A stretch of 55,564 nucleotides of DNA from a virus, in IMG/VR virus record IMGVR_UViG_3300045988_018915, positions 1-55,564 of that record, one strand, 5' to 3'. Position 1 is the first letter of the stretch, and each line of letters opens with the position of its first letter. The notes under the pieces are model-generated. The model saw only the letters and a program-made list of their open reading frames with translations. It had not been told where the DNA came from and did not search any database. Shown one piece after another: positions 53,312 through 55,564 of this stretch. The position numbers were made by a program, and so were the translations under genes.

Positions 53312-53797
53312 CTACCCCACCACCGTAACAGTGAATGTACCGTCGTTGTTATCAACAACCTTAAGTTTGTCTGTAACAAGTTCCGATGCCGTACTTGGAA
53401 TAACCGTTGCGGTCATTTCAAGAATCTCATCAACGCCGCCAACATCATTCGGTGTTGCGGTTACAGATCCGACATAAGCGTATTTTGCTACGCCGCCGAT
53501 ACCGTCTGTTCCGTAAAGATGAATAATATCAACCTTTTTGTCGTTGAGTTTTTCAATCTTGTCAAGATAATCTTTTTCAAGATTTCCGGTAATCTCACGA
53601 GAATCCGCGGTCTTGATTCCTTTTTCAAATGTCTGCTGATCGTCCTCCATCGTGGTTGACTCAACCGTATTTGGCGGAGATGCCGGAGATGGAATTGATT
53701 TAGCAGCAAGAAGCAAATTGTATGTTCCTGCAAAATCAGCTTCTTTGTCCGTATGCTCTTTGATAATCACACGAGCCTTATAACTTGTTGATGCCAT
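53312..53797 (-). CDS. major tail protein
   Basis: 161 aa, upstream of the chaperone pair. Confidence 0.65.
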   Translation of the reverse strand: MASTSYKARVIIKEHTDKEADFAGTYNLLLAAKSIPSPASPPNTVESTTMEDDQQTFEKGIKTADSREITGNLEKDYLDKIEKLNDKKVDIIHLYGTDGIGGVAKYAYVGSVTATPNDVGGVDEILEMTATVIPSTASELVTDKLKVVDNNDGTFTVTVVG

Positions 53798-53813
53798 GCT
53801 TATACTTCCTTTC

Positions 53814-54224
53814 TTATAATTGGTCTAAATGTTCTGTATTTCCGATTACACGAGTGGCACGGAAAGTAATTGTCCGAACCTTGTCAGAAATCGTTGTAAT
53901 CGGGTTTGATACCTCAAAGCTTTGTAACTTAAAAAAAGACACCGCGTATTCCGCGATGTTCTTTATCTTTGAGCGCTCTCCCTTGTTTGTAATTGTTACT
54001 TGAAATGTTGGGCGAATTGCGTTTATGGTCTTTGCTTCGTTTGTCCTTGCCGATTCAAGTGCGCCAATCTGCCTAACAAGAAGCGTTGGGAATACTGCCG
54101 ATCCGCTCGACTCTTCATCTTGCGTAACTTTGATTCCCTTGACCTTACCCTCCATGTATGCTTTAAGAAGGGAATATAAGGTGTCCTCGAATTCTAGCGC
54201 CCAACCATTTAATTCACTTTCCAC
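53814..54224 (-). CDS. tail terminator / tail completion protein
   Basis: 136-aa ORF; positional call. Confidence 0.45.
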   Translation of the reverse strand: MESELNGWALEFEDTLYSLLKAYMEGKVKGIKVTQDEESSGSAVFPTLLVRQIGALESARTNEAKTINAIRPTFQVTITNKGERSKIKNIAEYAVSFFKLQSFEVSNPITTISDKVRTITFRATRVIGNTEHLDQL

Positions 54225-54756
54225 CGAATACCCTCCTTGCGATCGAAACGTATTGCTTGATTATCTCCTGCTCCGCATTGTACATAGGCATTGTGGCTTT
54301 GATACCGTGGGTATATTGCCACTTTTGAGTCTTATCATTCCAATAGTACCAACCATCATCAAAAGCGTGTATTTGCCCCGGATATGTGCCGACACCGAAG
54401 CCAAGTTCCGGCGCTTTTGGATTCTCCTTGGAATTGTAGAAAATTCCTGCGCCGAACTCGATTGCTAAAAGCGTGTAAAATGGCTCTCTGTTTTCCGAAG
54501 TGATTGTTTGTCCGGTTGCAATCAAAACCGCCTTGTATCCCATCTGCTCGGGCGTTTTATTCACTCTTACAGTGACAGTCTTGCCTATCGGGGACTCAGA
54601 AATATGCTGAACCGCAACCTCTTGCCCGAGTTTTGATAACTCTTCAACAAGTCGGTCACATTTGCCTTGCAAGCTATTCTGATAATCCTTAAGCTGACGG
54701 ATTGCATCATCTATGGATTTTGCCGACAAGCTAATCGATATTGTCTTTTTAGCCAT
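54214..54756 (-). CDS. HK97 gp10-like neck/tail component
   Basis: 180-aa ORF; call by position and resemblance. Confidence 0.45.
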   Translation of the reverse strand: MAKKTISISLSAKSIDDAIRQLKDYQNSLQGKCDRLVEELSKLGQEVAVQHISESPIGKTVTVRVNKTPEQMGYKAVLIATGQTITSENREPFYTLLAIEFGAGIFYNSKENPKAPELGFGVGTYPGQIHAFDDGWYYWNDKTQKWQYTHGIKATMPMYNAEQEIIKQYVSIARRVFGGK

Positions 54757-54764
54757 AAAACCAC

Positions 54765-55220
54765 CTACTTAATATTCTTGCGAAGCAGATACAAATCAAC
54801 GGTCAATCCTTCATCTGCCACACCTTTTACGATGTAATCCGCGCTTTCAGAATCGGCAGTGCCATTGTCGGTATATGAAACTTCCGACCTCTTCCAGATA
54901 ACATCTCCTGCTTTGAGCGGTAAATATCCCTTATCTGTAACAAGCTGACAATAGGAAGTGCTATCATCAATTCCGAATTCTTTTACAAGAACCTCGGAAA
55001 GCTTGTTGCTAATATTCGCGTAAAACTCTTTCGGTTCAGAGAATCCTTCGACTTCTTCACCTTTTGGAATCTTATTTCCATTCGAGTCATGGTAATAAAC
55101 AAACCCATCATCGGATTGATAACCTTCATAAAGGATATTCCCATCCTCATCGCGCTCATAGATGAATACTTTTTGACCGCCTTGCGAATACTTCATTTTC
55201 TGCTTGTTGATGTCAAGCAT
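54765..55220 (-). CDS. head closure / head-tail joining protein
   Basis: ATG at 55220 after GGAGGAAAACACCA; 151 aa. Confidence 0.45.
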   Translation of the reverse strand: MLDINKQKMKYSQGGQKVFIYERDEDGNILYEGYQSDDGFVYYHDSNGNKIPKGEEVEGFSEPKEFYANISNKLSEVLVKEFGIDDSTSYCQLVTDKGYLPLKAGDVIWKRSEVSYTDNGTADSESADYIVKGVADEGLTVDLYLLRKNIK

Positions 55221-55416
55221 TGGTGTTTTCCTCCGGGATTCCGGCAACACTTGTCAGAAGTGATAACACTCCGGCAAGGACTGATGCAGAAAGAACATAT
55301 TTCCAATCCACCGCACCCATAAATGCCGCCGTTCCAATTCCGGCAACTGCCGCCTGCGCAACAGTCTTGATTGCTCGGATTCCGGCTTTCTTAGTCCAAT
55401 CCTTCCAATTCCTCAT
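55213..55416 (-). CDS. holin-like membrane protein
   Basis: 67 aa. KDWTKKAGIRAIKTVAQAAVAGIGTAAF plus a second helix VLSASVLAGVLSLLTSVAG, resembling the Firmicutes phage holin family pattern. Confidence 0.5.
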   Translation of the reverse strand: MRNWKDWTKKAGIRAIKTVAQAAVAGIGTAAFMGAVDWKYVLSASVLAGVLSLLTSVAGIPEENTNA

Positions 55417-55564
55417 GGCTTTTATCTCCTTTCCCTATATGGATCTCTTCAATCTCATGTTTCATTTTCGTAACCATTCCATTTCCACCTAACGCATGGT
55501 ACGCATCATACATCTCACAAAAGTTCTGATATGCATATGACGGTATTTCTCCGATTCTGGTGTA
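55391..55564 (-). CDS. 3' part of the junction-spanning membrane protein gene (see 1..211)
   Basis: ..YDAYHALGGNGMVTKMKHEIEEIHIGKGDKSHEELEGLD*, with the stop codon at 55391-55393. Confidence 0.5.
   Translation of the reverse strand, partial: YTRIGEIPSYAYQNFCEMYDAYHALGGNGMVTKMKHEIEEIHIGKGDKSHEELEGLD
55510..55564. repeat. terminal direct repeat, copy 2
   Basis: Identical to bases 1-55. Confidence 0.9.

Larger units (their letters stand above)
1..55564. mobile_element. complete circular temperate siphovirus-like phage genome (unique length about 55509 bp)
   Basis: Full set of terminase, portal, capsid, tail, tape measure, fibre, integrase, repressor and replication genes. Termini are identical over 55 bp. 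Confidence 0.85.

Noticed and set aside
1-55564. Stop-codon reassignment or suppressor tRNA, often linked to phage tRNA islands
   Set aside because: All large genes (terL, portal, TMP, int, ATPase) are intact under the standard code. None of the five readable anticodons is a suppressor. The two broken genes are frameshifts, not in-frame stop codons.
1-55564. Diversity-generating retroelement acting on the fibre genes
   Set aside because: There is no reverse-transcriptase-like ORF, and I saw no template/variable repeat pair near the fibre genes. The only repeat there is the short inverted pair described above.

Overview
The window is a complete, circularly closed genome of a temperate tailed phage of about 55.5 kb. 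Bases 1-55 repeat exactly at 55510-55564, which looks like an assembly overlap. There is no tail sheath gene and a 1240-aa tape measure, so it is siphovirus-like. GC is low and ribosome-binding sites are of the strong GGAGG type, suggesting a Firmicutes/Clostridia-type host. About 90% of the coding is on the minus strand.

Gene order in the minus-strand direction:
- **Packaging start:** small terminase (12723 to 12064), then small Cys-rich genes.
- **tRNA region (10650 to 9002):** five canonical tRNAs (Gln-UUG, Asn-GUU, Glu-UUC, Ile-UAU, Ser-GCU) plus decayed or expanded tRNA-like elements.
- **Zinc-ribbon run:** several Com-like zinc-ribbon mini-genes.
- **Head module:** large terminase, portal, scaffold, decoration protein, lambda-gpE-like major capsid.
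- **Head-tail joining genes:** these cross the circular junction.
- **Tail module:** major tail, G/GT chaperone pair with a -1 frameshift, a Cys/His cell-wall hydrolase, tape measure, two cargo genes, Dit-like protein, tail tip protein with an S74 chaperone domain, fibre genes, XkdW/XkdX-like genes.
- **Immunity switch:** cI/cro-type, with 15-bp operators phased every 32 bp.
- **Replication and recombination module:** BRO antirepressor, SLT, SSB, SMC-like ATPase, RecT-like protein, frameshifted MBL hydrolase, GIY-YIG endonuclease, replisome organizer carrying an internal ori-like repeat.
- **Lysogeny module:** orphan beta-class DNA methyltransferase, tyrosine integrase, and an attP with a tRNA 3' fragment and TTGATTAC arm repeats.
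- **Cargo island:** terminator-bounded, includes a BclA/C1q-like protein.
- **Second regulatory region:** Rha, small HTH, RHH gene inside a TTGTGCCTTATA iteron array, and a candidate roughly 240-nt ncRNA.

The most interesting signal is a tail-fibre C-terminal cassette on the opposite strand with no start codon. It lies tail-to-tail with the fibre gene and is bounded by in-frame inverted repeats. This is a candidate invertible host-range switch, yet no invertase gene is visible in the genome.

All functional calls come from reading motifs in the translated ORFs. No database search was run.
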